DNA from: Asterias rubens
Taxonomy: Eukaryota
Length of the DNA: 64,000 nucleotides
NCBI RefSeq assembly: GCF_902459465.1
Contig: NC_047075.1
Span: 6,138,001 to 6,202,000, forward strand
Direction of reading: 5' to 3'
Position 1 is the stretch's first letter, and every line of letters begins with the position of its first letter. Shown here in pieces: positions 12,136 to 25,155 of the stretch. Both the position numbers and the translations under genes were made by a program. The notes beneath the pieces are model-generated. The model saw only the letters and a program-made list of their open reading frames with translations. It made no database searches and had not been told where the DNA came from.

Positions 12136-12805
12136 TGGTGCTTTGTGAAGCCGCTTGAGACTGATGGAGAGACGGGAGCAGGTCTGGTGATCTTTTGTTG
12201 AATGGCCGTGACCGGGACAACACTTCATCAGTTCCTACAACACCTGAGCAACTAGCATCCATTCATCAAATTGTCTTTATCCCTATACCTAACCCTAACC
12301 CTAATGCTAAACCTTATCCTAACTAAGTCCATATCCAGATCCTGCAAACCCTCAAAAATGCAACTAAGGTTATGCCACTGTGGTTATGTCCACCTCTGAC
12401 TATGACAACAAGGTAACTGAGATTCAATCAACAGACTCTACCAGACAACTACCAAGAAACCCAATCCAGGCTATCGAACACAAGATCACCGACCTGCTTC
12501 CATCTCTCCGTCAGCCTCAAGCTGCCTCACAAAGCATCACATCACAAACTTAAGCCGGTTTGTCAACATCTTTAAGGACATCCACTTTAATCAATCTGGC
12601 ATTGTTGTAAGTTTTGATGTAGTCTCCCTCTTCACCAATATACCCTCATCACAAAGTAATGCCTCCAAGTTGATCTCACCATGACAGCACAAGCCACAAG
12701 TCCTCGATCTCCTCATCAACTGCCTATCTTCATCAAGCTTCCGATGGAGGAACCACTTATATGAGCAAATCGCTGAGGCTGCCATTGGATCTCCTCTATT
12801 CTTGG
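12136..12805 (+). mobile_element. Penelope-like element RT remnant A with upstream inverted arm (unit 1)
   Basis: Broken translation ATVVMSTSDYDNKV..LPRNPIQAIEHKITDLL, IVVSFDVVSLFTNIP, VLDLLINCLSSSSFRWRNHLYEQIAEAAIGSPL matches PLE RT motifs; 12136-12210 is an inverted copy of ~12465-12540. Confidence 0.8.
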
Positions 12806-13289
12806 AGAAATAGAGAAGTAGAGAAAGAAACGAAAATTGTTGTTGCTTGGATTGTTTTAAAGGGTTAACAAAACAAGCACAGGACAGAGTGGCGCAGTAT
12901 GGAAACCTACTGAGGACAGACAGATATCATCAGAGTGTGATACAGGAGTTAAACAGAGGTTTTATGAAGAAGAGAAAAAACAAAGAGTGTTGTTTCTTGG
13001 ATTGTTTTTAGAGTTGAAACAAGACAAGCACAGGACAGAGTGGCTCAGTAGAGAGAGCTACTGGGACAGACAGATATCATCAGAGTGTGATACAGGAATT
13101 AGACAGAGGTTTTATGAAATAGAGGAAGAAACAAAGAGTCTTAGAGTCATAAAGTCTTAGAGTGATGGAACCCTCTGATAGTCCGAGGGTTGCCAATGTT
13201 GTACCAAGATGGGACAAGGCAAGGATTGGGCTGTCCCAAAGGGTGTGAAGGACTGTGTCCTTTAACAACAAAGTCAAATAGGGTTTTGC

Positions 13290-13900
13290 TAGCCTTTTGT
13301 ATGCCCTGACATCGAAATCAAGAGTGTTTGATTGGTAGAGTGAGTTATGCCAGAGTCAGTGTGCATTTGACAAACTCAAGAGTAGACTCACATGCATCCT
13401 TGATCTTGTCGTACCACATGTGGGAGCGAGACTCCATCCTAGATATGGATGCTAGTATAAACGGCACTGAGGCAGTTGAGTCAAGCAAACTCAAGAGTAG
13501 ACCAACATCCCCCATCTTGTCATACCACATGCGGGAGAGAGACTTCATCCTAGATACGAATGCTAGGAAAGATGGCATAGAAGCAGTGTTGAGTCAAACA
13601 GTATATCAATGGCCGAGGAGCAAAGTCAGAATTTACCACAACGCCATAAGATGTTTGCTCAAAGTAATTTCCGAGTATGGATGAGCACAGACTGACAGAG
13701 CTGATAAGAAGCATTGCAATGGTGATGGGTTGTCAAGACAACCCTGAAAGCAGTGTGGCCAGGAGCAACTGGTAGAAAGGGAAGAAAAAAACAAAATGTC
13801 TGCTGGGATACTTAAGCGAAAGATGCAAAAGAGGAAAAGTTGATGGTTACAGGCGAAGCAGACCAACCACCCATGGAGGCTTTCAGAAAACACAAGTAGA
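13290..13900 (+). mobile_element. Ty3/Gypsy pol (RT connection/RNase H) remnant (unit 1)
   Basis: SPILSYHMRERDFILDTNARKDGIEAVLSQ resembles the Gypsy PILAYPD..FILDTDAS..GIGAVLSQ motif (tandemly duplicated here); KKHCNGDGLSRQP*KQCG resembles the RNase H C-terminal HxNADxLSR motif. Confidence 0.75.
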
Positions 13901-14577
13901 GAATGAGACTAAGTAAGGTCTTATAAGTGCCATTCACAGGATTGATAAAACATATTAATATTAAACATTATAAAAACAGTTAAATTTAACAATAGATATT
14001 AGAACAACAGCTCTGCATCACAGGTCCCACAATGCACTTTACAACTTAAAAAGGCTTCATTGTTTACAAAAATACTGGACAAATACATGTATAACATGTC
14101 GGCTGTTTATTAAGGAATTGAAAACACTAATTAAAATTGGCACCAAGAGTAAAAACCACAGTTACATATACACAAGAAACATATTGACAATTTAACAGAT
14201 GTTTGTATAATCTAAAAATCGTGCTGCCAACTGGGCATTCTTTATTGGAACAGTTTGGATTAATAATATAGCCCAAGAGGGTTGAGGAACACGACAGAAA
14301 GAGTAAGTTGGAACACCAGAACAATACCCATACTGCAGTGCGGGGATACGCCTTTTCCGCCAGCAGGAGATCTGTGTGTATGTGTACTCCCACTTGCTCC
14401 TACTGACAACAATTAAGTGTTGACCATTATCTTTTCTGGGGTCCAGGCGCTTTTAACTCTACCTACACTAAATAAAAGCTAAAACTAAACTGGAAAAGGT
14501 GTTCCTTGAAAAGAGAGAATGGGAAGTAGAAGAGGAAGTGGAAAAGGAGCGCAGCGAACCTGTTCAAAAATTCTTAC

Positions 14578-14698
14578 ATGGCACTTTGTGTGTGAGTCCA
14601 TTAGGGACTTGTATGCATTATAGTTCTCTTGCGCTGTTTTAACGTTGTGGCGTCATTGATGATATCATCGTCCCCAAAGAAATACTGGGCCATGCATA
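14578..14698 (-). pseudogene. Triplicated exon of the minus-strand gene, 121-nt frameshifted copy
   Basis: Acceptor CTGACAG and donor GTAAG; 1 nt shorter than the unit-3 copy. Confidence 0.5.
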
Positions 14699-15087
14699 CT
14701 GTCAGATGAATTTAGTTTCATGTGTAAACTTATTTTGGTTGCTGTGATATTAACCCTTGAATTAAGAGATTTGAACTTCCGGTTTTAAACAGAAGAAAAG
14801 GTCACATGGGGTCATACTTCGAACAAGATTTCTAATATATATACATCAAGTGCTTTGATATGCAAAATACCTTGTATGCTAATTAGTAGTAGATATTGTT
14901 CTACAGATAATTTTTTAAAAAAATTTTTTTTAATTTAACATTGTGACATCATCAATTACTTTGTTATGCAATTAGAAGTATGCTAATTAGCAGTATATAT
15001 TGTTCTACAGATAATTACTTGAAACAGTGTTTAGTAGACAGTGTTTTACATAAAATATTTGTATATTTTTGAAAACTAAGAAAACTT

Positions 15088-15535
15088 GAGGAAACAGAGG
15101 ACATGGGGGAAGTTTTATCCCGAAATATTTAATGGCGGTCTCCATAACTGTTCATCACTTGTTCATCGGTGTTGAAGATATATTGTCCATGGAGGGAACA
15201 GAGGACAAGGGGGAAGTTTTATCCCGAAATATTTAATGGCGGTCTCCATAACTGTTCATCACTTGTTCATCGGTGTTGAAGATATATTGTCCATGGAGGG
15301 AACAGAGGACAAGGGGGAAGTTTTATCCCGAAATATTTAATGGCGGTCTCCATAACTGTTCATCACTTGTTCATCGGTGTTGAAGATATATTGTCCATGG
15401 AGGGAACAGAGGACAAGGGGGAAGTTTTATCTCGAAATATTTAATGGCGGTCTCCATAACTGTTCATCACTTGTTCATCGGTGTTGAAGATATATTGTCC
15501 ATGGAGGGAACAGAGGACAAGGGGGAAGTTTTATC
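15088..15535. repeat. 104-bp VNTR, 4 copies + 32 bp (unit 1)
   Basis: Unit GAGGGAACAGAGGACAAGGGGGAAGTTTTATCCCGAAATATTTAATGGCGG...GATATATTGTCCATG; 448 = 4x104+32. Confidence 0.95.
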
Positions 15536-16999
15536 TCCAGAAATTTGATAGGGTTCTCAGGGACTGGGGGCAGTCCAGGGTGAGACAACTTTCTCTTTGG
15601 TAGCAGCCCCACACTATGTGCGACCCACGGATCCATTCGGAACCGTCTCGTCCGACATACAATCACAAACACACACCACACACATCTCCCCTCGGAGATG
15701 CTCAAGGCTACAAACACACTCAGAACCGTCCAATTCGAAATCAATCACACACAAACAACACACATCTCCAATCCAGCCATCGCTGCATGCCCATCTTGTC
15801 TACGTCAGGGGCACAGATCCCCTTGGAGACGAACCAGAGTTGGGATGACAGGAGACTAGACAGTCCCACCATCACCTCGGCACTGGAAGAGGAGCTAATG
15901 GAGTTGGGGAGGATTGCGACCACTCGGAGCGCCCTCCAACCATTCCATCGAACACAAGGGAGATAAGCATAGGCCTACAGTGAGTAAAGGGACATTGTGA
16001 CAGCTCGGAATGCCCCCCGTCTCCCTCCCTTATGAGGTAACCTCGGCGGAGGCAACCTCCATGGAACACCGACAACACCGGCCAGAGGCTGGAAGCGACG
16101 CACAAGAACCCGCAACGTCACCTCATCCGCCTGAACTGAGCCCCTTGAGGGATCTCTTCTTGTTGGGGGTTGGGCCAAACACAGAGGACCATCTCCCCTC
16201 GGAGTGGCCTCTGACACCACCTAACCCAGCAGCAGAGGGTAGCCACGACCAGGACCGTCCCGGTGGAGCAGAGGACACGGGAACTCCAAACACCTGGCCG
16301 GACGGGGAGTGAACCATCCTTTTAGGTGGATAACAGCACCCAGAAGGAGAGCACTGACCGACCCGCCTCTGCCGCAAGTAACAGCACCCAGGTTGCGGCA
16401 ACATTCATCGAGGACCCCTGCCAGTCCACCCGCCACTGTGATCTCTAAAAGGAGTTACCCACAGTTTTGAGGAAAACAACTACTGCACAGGACTTAGGTG
16501 CAGCGGGACCATCAGGACAGTTTCCCCCTATTTTGTTCTCACTGGCTTCACTTGCAGGCGATGGTGCTCGCTGCCTGCTTCTGGGACATGCAAGGGCCTA
16601 GGAGTGGCAGTGTAGAGGCGGTGCCGATCAACCAGTAGGGGGTGCCAGCACCACTCCCGTCAAGTGATGCTGGCGGCCTCTGTAGGCCAATCGATAAATC
16701 TGCTCACCAGTAAGGTTCTTTATCTTCTCGTGTATTCAGTATGACTTGTTGAATGTAAACAAAGCTCCGGAACGAGGACAGAAAAGCCAGTTAATTGAAC
16801 CTTCGTGTGTGTTCAATGCAACCCACGGTCAACGCTGTCAGGAGTTCACATACTGGTAGACAACCAATATAGCAAGAAAACAGAGAAAACAGAGAGGTTT
16901 TAAGGAGAGCAATAGCGAAATCTGCCACATTGCGCTGCACCGTACATCTAGGCTTGAGACCGAAACTGGTATGTGATCTTACATTCAATATCTGGGATG

Positions 17000-17790
17000 G
17001 GGTTTTCTTGGTAGGTATCTATAAGTGTATTAGTTGGTGTCTGTAAGTTAGAGTTGGTGCCTGTAAGAGTTGGTTAGAGTAGTCAGTTGTCTGTAAGTAT
17101 TGGACATGAGTGTAGGTATGTTATAGGGTTATGTTAAGGGTTAAGGTGATAGAACTCCCGGGTAGTCCTAGGGTTAGTGTTAAGATGAGGGTTATATAGA
17201 GTTGTGTTAGGGACAGCACCTACAAGAAAGCCCATCCCGGATATTAAATGCAAGATCACATAGCAGCTCCGGTCTCTCCATTTGTTTCAAGCTAATTAAG
17301 CGTCATTTTAAAAGCCCTCTGCAATCTCAAGCTCTCTGAATCCTACTGCCCTTGTTTCCTCAGTCAACCCAAGATACACAATCTTGATGACTCCCTCAAT
17401 AACAAAGTGGGTCGAGTGGTTTACCAGCCTACAACACGGCCAGACATCTCACCAAGATTCTCCACACCAACTAGTTTGGCCTAACACAGAATTTCAGTTT
17501 TCTTCACCATAAAACGAGTTCCTACGAAAAAAGCATGCCTCAATGCAAAACAATGCCAAGCCGATTCCACCATGACATAGACCCAATGGCCATGAGCCTC
17601 ATTCCTCAACAAATCCTTGATCTTCTTATCGCCCAAGTATTGCTTCATCAAGCTTCCAACAAATGGACCTGTTCTATGAGCAAACTGCTGGGCCCCTACC
17701 ACGGGATCTCCTCTATCCATGGTTCTGGCGAAATTCAATGACGAAATTGCTCATATATGGAAGAGTTCGAACTGGACACACCCAGAATGC
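17000..17790 (+). mobile_element. Penelope-like remnant B with inverted 5' arm and G-strand telomere-like linker (unit 1)
   Basis: Fragments ..SQPKIH.., NTARHLTKILH, QILDLLI, DLFYEQT.., GSPLSMVLAKF, YMEEFE resemble PLE RT; 17002-17060 is an inverted PLE segment. Confidence 0.7.
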
Positions 17791-17981
17791 TGATCTTCGC
17801 CCCAACCTCTGCTCTGCTACATTATGGGCCCCATGCCAAGACAACAGTTCTTCCAACACCTGCATCCACTCACCACAGCACTGATGACACACTCCAGCCT
17901 ACACACATCCAGCCAGCAGGCAACTCCCATTAGAAACTTGAAACTGAACATTCTTCAGCTACATCATAGTGCTGTCACTAT

Positions 17982-18420
17982 TCATCATCATCATTTAGGC
18001 TGTGTAGGATGTCCCTCCAAATGTAAAAGCCATTCATTTCAATTTCTTGCAGTTTTTGTCCATGTTGTTCGTGCATAAACCCTGATGTCATCTCTCCATT
18101 CTCTTCTCTTTTCCTTATCCTTGGTTGCCAATCCGATATTCTTGTTGTCCATCTGTTGTCATTTCTTCAGGCAGTGTGTCCAGCCCATTTCCATTTAGCT
18201 TGTTTTATTGTCCTTATATAACATTCTCTTCCTCCAATTTTCTTTGGTGTTTCTGTGCATTTAATCCTGTCTCTATTTGAGATGCACAATTGTCTCTTCA
18301 TTGCTCTGTGTGCTTTCTGTGCTTTGCAGAGTTTATGTTCGATCAGTTCTGTCTCTGCTCCATAAGTTATTGTTCGTAGCACACACTGATCAAGTTATTT
18401 TTCTCCTAAGTGCTATACTT
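17982..18420 (-). mobile_element. RTE-clade LINE 3' fragment (unit 1)
   Basis: TITYGAET..HRAMKRQLCISNRDRIKCTE..IKQAKWKWAGHTA*..DNRWTTRISDWQPR matches the RTE RT C-terminus; ends in a (TGA)n tail. Confidence 0.85.
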
Positions 18421-20109
18421 GTAATTCTGTTCTTATCACCAAGTGTACCTCTGTTTTGTCCAAATGAGCTCCATCCTGCCTTAATCCTGGTTGATACTTT
18501 ATCTTTTATTTTTTACTGTTTGGCCCAAACACATTGAATAACAAATTTAAACATGTTTTAAAACGAATGTTTTATATAAAAATACAATCTATACATCAAA
18601 TGATGGACTTTGAATACTCTAAGAAGTGCTACACAGAGTTTGACCCCATGTGACCTTTACTTCCAGTTAAAAGCGGACTTTAATGTCAACGTTGGTTTTA
18701 ACATATGTTATCTGTAACAAGAAAAGCGTTGCCGCTGGCTGTTGCGCTCCACAGATTCAAAGAAAGATAGATAGATAGAAAGAATGATTATAGACAGATA
18801 AAAGGTTTATTCACAATCACAGCACATGGCTGAATTGTAAATATAGTAGGCCTACATCGAGATACAAAAATCACTAGCAAAAAGAGAAAAATGTATGTAT
18901 GTCTATTTTATTTGAAAGCAGATTATTCATGTGCATTAGGCCTACACTAAAAGAATCAGACATAATAATTTACTTTATTAATCCTAACAACCAATTACAT
19001 AACTTGTTTTTAGTGACGGCTGAAGTGAATTTTTTCGGTGATGTCTGTTCCCTCTCATAAGAAATGCAATGTCTAGAGGGCTTTTCATGTGATGAGCGGT
19101 TTAAGGGCCACTGAGGACATGTCATGTTGTTTTAGGCTTCTCCATTTGTTCCCAAGATTTTACCTGTTTGGTATTTGTCAATGTCCAGAAAAAATTGACT
19201 CAATTGGTCATCGAAGTGGCAAGAAAATAATAAAAGAATAAACACCATTGTTGCACTTATGTGTGCTTTCAGATGCAAGAAAAGGGCTTCAGGCTTGAAG
19301 TCTTTCCTGCTCTCCCATGACTAGTATATCCAAAGGGTACAAATATAGTGGTTTTGCATAAATTGCAGATGTTTAAGACTGCTATGAGGGAAAGAGCACA
19401 AAATTGGTTACATGAAGTTCAGAAAAAGTCATTATGAGAGTGAACAGACATACCCAAAACTCAGGCCTGATTCTTCATGGAGGCAACGAAGGTGATTGCC
19501 TCCATGCCCCCTGGTCATGATCATTGCCTACAAACTACATGTTGGTCAAAGGAGTGTCTTAAATGTGAATAATTCAAACTTTTTTGAAAATTAAGTCTCG
19601 AAAGTTGATATCGCTTTTACTGAATATTTTAAAAAGGTGATAAAACAAAATGGAGGAGCTCAACTTTGCTGGACCTCCAAAAATCATCTGCAAAATATTT
19701 CTATACAAAAATCTTCTTGTTAAAGACTTTTTAAGGAGAGTTGCAGATGCCAACACAAGACTAGGGCGAAAATGACTTCAATTTATAAACACTCCTATAA
19801 AAATACCCACTTAATAATTTAACAAAAACTAAACAAAATTACAGACAGCTTAAAATAAAACTGCCTTCAACTACTTTAATCCACTACGCAAACTCATTGT
19901 TGTCCCAAACCATGTAAACCAACATAAACAGACAATAAATTAAAATTACAGCAAAAATTAAACAGTAAAACAACATTACATCAATCAAGCCAAAAAAGAA
20001 CTATATCGTGCCATGCGTATAATATCCCGGAACCCTCAATAAAACATGTGATTTGGAAATTGTGTAGACCTTGCCATAATCAACAACTTTTCCTGCTAGA
20101 GGAAGAGAT

Positions 20110-21500
20110 AGACATTTCTGTGGTTGACAGAGGAAACCATAGAATAAAGACATTTCTTTATTTGATAGAGAAAGCCAAAGAGTGAAGATATTTATGTGGT
20201 TGGCAGATCAACCAACGAGCGAAACATTTCTGTGGTTGGCAGCGCAACCAAAGAGCGAGTCATTTCTGTGGTTGACGGCTCAACCAAAGAGCGAGACATT
20301 TCTCTGGTTTACGGCCCAACCAAAGAACGAGACAGTTATGTGGTTGACGGCTCAACCAACGAGCAAGACATTTCTCTGGTTGACGGTTCAACCAAAGAGC
20401 ACGACATTTCTCTGGTTGTCGACAAAACCAAAGAACGAAACATTTTTCTGGTTGACAGCTCAACCAAAGAGCGAGACATTTCTCTGGTTGACGGCTCAAC
20501 CAAAAAGCGACACATTTCTCTGGTTGACTGTTCAACCATAGAGCGAAACATTTCTGTGGTTGACGGCTCAACCATAGAGCGAAACATTTCTGTGGTTGAC
20601 GGCACCAACCAACGGGCGAGACATTTCTCTGGTTGACGGCTCAACCAAAGAGCGAGACATTTCTTTGGTTGCAGCTCAACCAAAGAGCACGACACTTCTG
20701 TGGTTGACTTCTGTGGTTGACAGCTCAACCAACGAGCAAGACATTTATGTGGTTGACGGCACAACCATACAGAGCAAGACATTTCTGTGGTTGGCAGCGC
20801 AACCAAAGAGCGAGTCATTTCTGTGGTTGACGGCTCAACCAAAGAGCGAGACATTTCTCTGGTTTACGGCCCAACCAAAGAACGAGACAGTTATGTGGTT
20901 GACGGCTCAACCAACGAGCAAGACATTTCTCTGGTTGACGACAAAACCAAAGAACGAAACATTTTTCTGGTTGACAGCTCAACCAAAGAGCGAGACATTT
21001 CTCTGGTTGACGGCTCAACCAAAAAGCGAAACATTTTTCTGGTTGACAGCTCAACCAAAGAGCGAAACATTTCTGTGGTTGATGGCTCAACCAAAGAGCG
21101 AGACATTTCTCTGGTTGACGGCTCAACCAAAAAGCGAAACATTTCTGTGGTTGACGGTTCAACCATAGAGCGAAACATTTCTGTGGTTGACGGCTCAACC
21201 ATAGAGCGAAACATTTCTGTGGTTGACGGCAACAACCAACGAGCGAGACATTTCTCTGGTTGACGGCTCAACCAAAGAGCCAGACATTTCTGTGGTTGAC
21301 GGCTCAACCAAAGAGCGAGACATTTCTGTGGTTGACGGCTCAACCAAAGAGGAAGACATTTTACGAGACCTTTCTGTAGTTGGCAGTGCAACCAAAGAGC
21401 AAGACATTTCTCTGGTTGACGGCACTAGCAAAGAGTGAGACTTTTCTGTAATTGGCAGCGCAACCAAAGAGCGAGACTTTCCTGCGATTGACAGCACAAC
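20110..21500. repeat. 36-bp minisatellite array (unit 2, longer)
   Basis: Same consensus; different order and number of variants. Confidence 0.9.
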
Positions 21501-21555
21501 CAAAGATATAGACATTGACTTTATGATGTTCACAAAGCGGCTTTATTTGGTGGCG

Positions 21556-22225
21556 TGGTGCTTTGTGAAGCCGCTTGAGACTAATGGAGAGACGGGAGCA
21601 GGTCTGGTGATCTTTTGTTGAATGGCCGTGACCGGGACAACACTTCATCAGTTCCTACAACACCTGAGCAACTAGCATCCATTCATCAAATTGTCTCTAT
21701 CCCTATACCTAACCCTAACCCTAATGCTAAACCTTATCCTAACTAAGTCCATATCCAGATCCTGCAAACCCTCAAAAATGCAACTAAGGTTATGCCACTG
21801 TGGTTATGTCCACCTCTGACTATGACAACAAGGTAACTGAGATTCAATCAACAGACTCTACCAGACAACTACCAAGAAACCCAATCCAGGCTATCGAACA
21901 CAAGATCACCGACCTGCTTCCATCTCTCCGTCAGCCTCAAGCTGCCTCACAAAGCATCACATCACAAACTTAAGCCGGTTTGTCAACATCTTTAAGGACA
22001 TCCACTTTAATCAATCTGGCATTGTTGTAAGTTTTGATGTAGTCTCCCTCTTCACCAATATACCCTCATCACAAAGTAATGCCTCCAAGTTGATCTCACC
22101 ATGACAGCACAAGCCACAAGTCCTCGATCTCCTCATCAACTGCCTATCTTCATCAAGCTTCCGATGGAGGAACCACTTATATGAGCAAATCGCTGAGGCT
22201 GCCATTGGATCTCCTCTTTTCTTGG
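21556..22225 (+). mobile_element. Penelope-like remnant A (unit 2)
   Basis: Copy of 12136-12805. Confidence 0.8.
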
Positions 22226-22701
22226 AGAAGTAGAGAAAGAAACGAAAATTGTTGTTGCTTGGATTGTTTTAAAGGGTTAACAAAACAAGCACAGGACAGA
22301 GTGGCGCAGTATGGAAACCTACTGAGGACAGACAGATATCATCAGAGTGTGATACAGGAGTTAAACAGAGGTTTTATGAAGAAGAGAAAAAACAAAGAGT
22401 GTTGTTTCTTGGATTGTTTTTAGAGTTGAAACAAGACAAGCACAGGACAGAGTGGCTCAGTAGAGAGAGCTACTGGGACAGACAGATATCATCAGAGTGT
22501 GATACAGGAATTAGACAGAGGTTTTATGAAATAGAGGAAGAAACAAAGAGTCTAAGAGTCATAAAGTCTTAGAGTGATGGAACCCTCTGATAGTCCGAGG
22601 GTTGCCAATGTTGTACAAAGATGGGACAAGGCAAGGATTGGGCTGTCCCAAAGAGTGTGAAGGACTGTGTCCTATAACAACAAAGTCAAATAGGGTTTTG
22701 C

Positions 22702-23312
22702 TAGCCTTTTGTATGCCCTGACATCGAAATCAAGAGTGTTTGATTGGTAGAGTGAGTTATGCCAGAGTCAGTGTGCATTTGACAAACTCAAGAGTAGACT
22801 CACATGCATCCTTGATCTTGTCGTACCACATGTGGGAGCGAGACTCCATCCTAGATACGGATGCTAGTATAAATGGCACGAAGGCAGTTGAGTCAAGCAA
22901 ACTAAAGAGTAGACCAACATCCCCCATCTTGTCATACCACATGCGGGAGAGAGACTTCATCCTAGATACGAATGCTAGGAAAGATGGCATAGAAGCAGTG
23001 TTGAGTCAAACAGTATATCAATGGCCGAGGAGCAAAGTCAGAATTTACCACAACGCCATAAGATGTTTGCTCAAAGTAATTTCCGAGTATGGATGAGCAC
23101 AGACTGACAGAGCTGATAAGAAGCATTGCAATGGTGATGGGTTGTCAAGACAACCCTGAAAGCAGTGTGGCCAGGAGCAACTGGTAGAAAGGGAAGAAAA
23201 AAACAAAATGTCTGCTGGGATACTTAAGCGAAAGATGCAAAAGAGGAAAAGTTGATGGTTACAGGCGAAGCAGACCAACCACCCATGGAGGCTTTCAGAA
23301 AACACAAGTAGA
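22702..23312 (+). mobile_element. Ty3/Gypsy pol remnant (unit 2)
   Basis: Copy of 13290-13900. Confidence 0.75.
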
Positions 23313-23989
23313 GAATGAGACTAAGTAAGGTCTTATAAGTGCCATTCACAGGATTGATAAAACATATTAATATTAAACATTATAAAAACAGTTAAATTTA
23401 ACAATAGATATTAAAACAACAGCTCTGCATCACAGGTCCCACAATGCACTTTACAACTTAAAAAGGCTTCATTGTTTACAAAAATACTGGACAAATACAT
23501 GTATAACATGTCGGCTGTTTATTAAGGAATTGAAAACACTAATTAAAATTGGCACCAAGAGTAAAAACCACAGTTACATATACACAAGAAACATATTGAC
23601 AATTTAACAGATGTTTGTATAATCTAAATATCGTGCTGCCAACTGGGCATTCTTTATTGGAACAGTTTGGATTAATAATATAGCCCAAGAGGGTTGAGGA
23701 ACACGACAGAAAGAGTAAGTTGGAACACCAGAACAATACCCATACTGCAGTGCGGGGATACGCCTTTTCCGCCAGCAGGAGATCTGTGTGTATGTGTACT
23801 CCCACTTGCTCCTACTGACAACAATTAAGTGTTGACCATTATCTTTTCTGGGGTCCAGGCGCTTTTAACTCTACCTACACTAAATAAAAGCTAAAACTAA
23901 ACTGGAAAAGGTGTTCCTTGAAAAGAGAGAATGGGAAGTAGAAGAGGAAGTGAAAAAGGAGCGCAGCGAACCTGTTCAAAAATTCTTAC

Positions 23990-24110
23990 ATGGCACTTTG
24001 TGTGTGAGTCCATTAGGGACTTGTATGCATTATAGTTCTCTTGCGCTGTTTTAACGTTGTGGCGTCATTGATGATATCATCGTCCCCAAAGAAATACTGG
24101 GCCATGCATA
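23990..24110 (-). pseudogene. Triplicated exon, 121-nt frameshifted copy
   Basis: Same boundaries and 1-nt deletion as the unit-1 copy. Confidence 0.5.
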
Positions 24111-24499
24111 CTGTCAGATGAATTTAGTTTCATGTGTAAACTTATTTTGGTTGCTGTGATATTAACCCTTGAATTAAGAGATTTGAACTTCCGGTTTTAA
24201 ACAGAAGAAAAGGTCACATGGGGTCATACTTCGAACAAGATTTCAAATATATATACATCAAGTGCTTTGATATGCAAAATACCTTGTATGCTAATTAGTA
24301 GTAGATATTGTTCTACAGATAATTTTTTTAAACAATTTTTTTTAATTTAACGTTGTGACATCATCAATTACTTTGTTATGCAATTAGAAGTATGCTAATT
24401 AGCAGTATATATCGTTCTACAGATAATTACTTGAAACAGTGTTTAGTAGACAGTGTTTTACATAAAATATTTGTATATTTTTGAAAACTAAGAAAACTT

Positions 24500-25155
24500 G
24501 AGGAAACAGAGGACATGGGGGAAGTTTTATCCCGAAATATTTAATGGCGGTCTCCATAACTGTTCATCATTTGTTCATCGGTGTTGAAGATATATTGTCC
24601 ATGGAGGGAACAGAGGACAAGGGGGAAGTTTTATCCCGAAATATTTAATGGCGGTCTCCATAACTGTTCATCACTTGTTCATCGGTGTTGAAGATATATT
24701 GTCCATGGAGGGAACAGAGGACAATGGGGAAGTTTTATCCCGAAATATTTAATGGCGGTCGTCATAACTGTTCATCACTTGTTCATCGGTGTTGAAGATA
24801 TATTGTCCATGGAGGGAACAGAGGACAAGGGGGAAGTTTTATCCCGAAATATTTAATGGCGGTCTCCATAACTGTTCATCACTTGTTCATCAGTGTTGAA
24901 GATATATTGTCCATGGAGGGAACAGAGGACAAGGGGGAAGTTTTATCCCGAAATATTTAATGGCGGCCTCCATAACTGTTCATCACTTGTTCATCGGTGT
25001 TGAAGATATATTGTCCATGGAGGGAACAGAGGACAAGGGGGAAGTTTTATCCCGAAATATTTAATGGCGGTCTCCATAACTGTTCATCACTTGTTCATCG
25101 GTGTTGAAGATATATTGTCCATGGAGGGAACAGAGGACAAGGGGGAAGTTTTATC
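24500..25155. repeat. 104-bp VNTR, 6 copies + 32 bp (unit 2)
   Basis: 656 = 6x104+32. Confidence 0.95.

Larger units (their letters stand above)
10763..19820 (+). repeat. Segmental tandem triplication, unit 1 (9058 bp)
   Basis: Begins AACAAAAACTAAACAAAATTACAGACAGC, ends CCCACTTAATAATTT; colinear and near-identical to units 2 and 3. Confidence 0.95.

Noticed and set aside
12285-12325. True interstitial telomere
   Set aside because: Only two perfect CCCTAA units inside a degenerate tract shared with a Penelope family copy at 39338
14127-14393. 88-aa hydrophobic ORF as a membrane protein gene (also 23539-23805)
   Set aside because: Frameshifted in unit 3, no recognisable family, and no phase-compatible splice link found
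14775-18700. Inverted AAAGGTCACATGGGGTCA motifs as TIRs of a 3.9-kb element
   Set aside because: Only ~40 bp of diverged match, no TSD; probably two fragments of a common repeat
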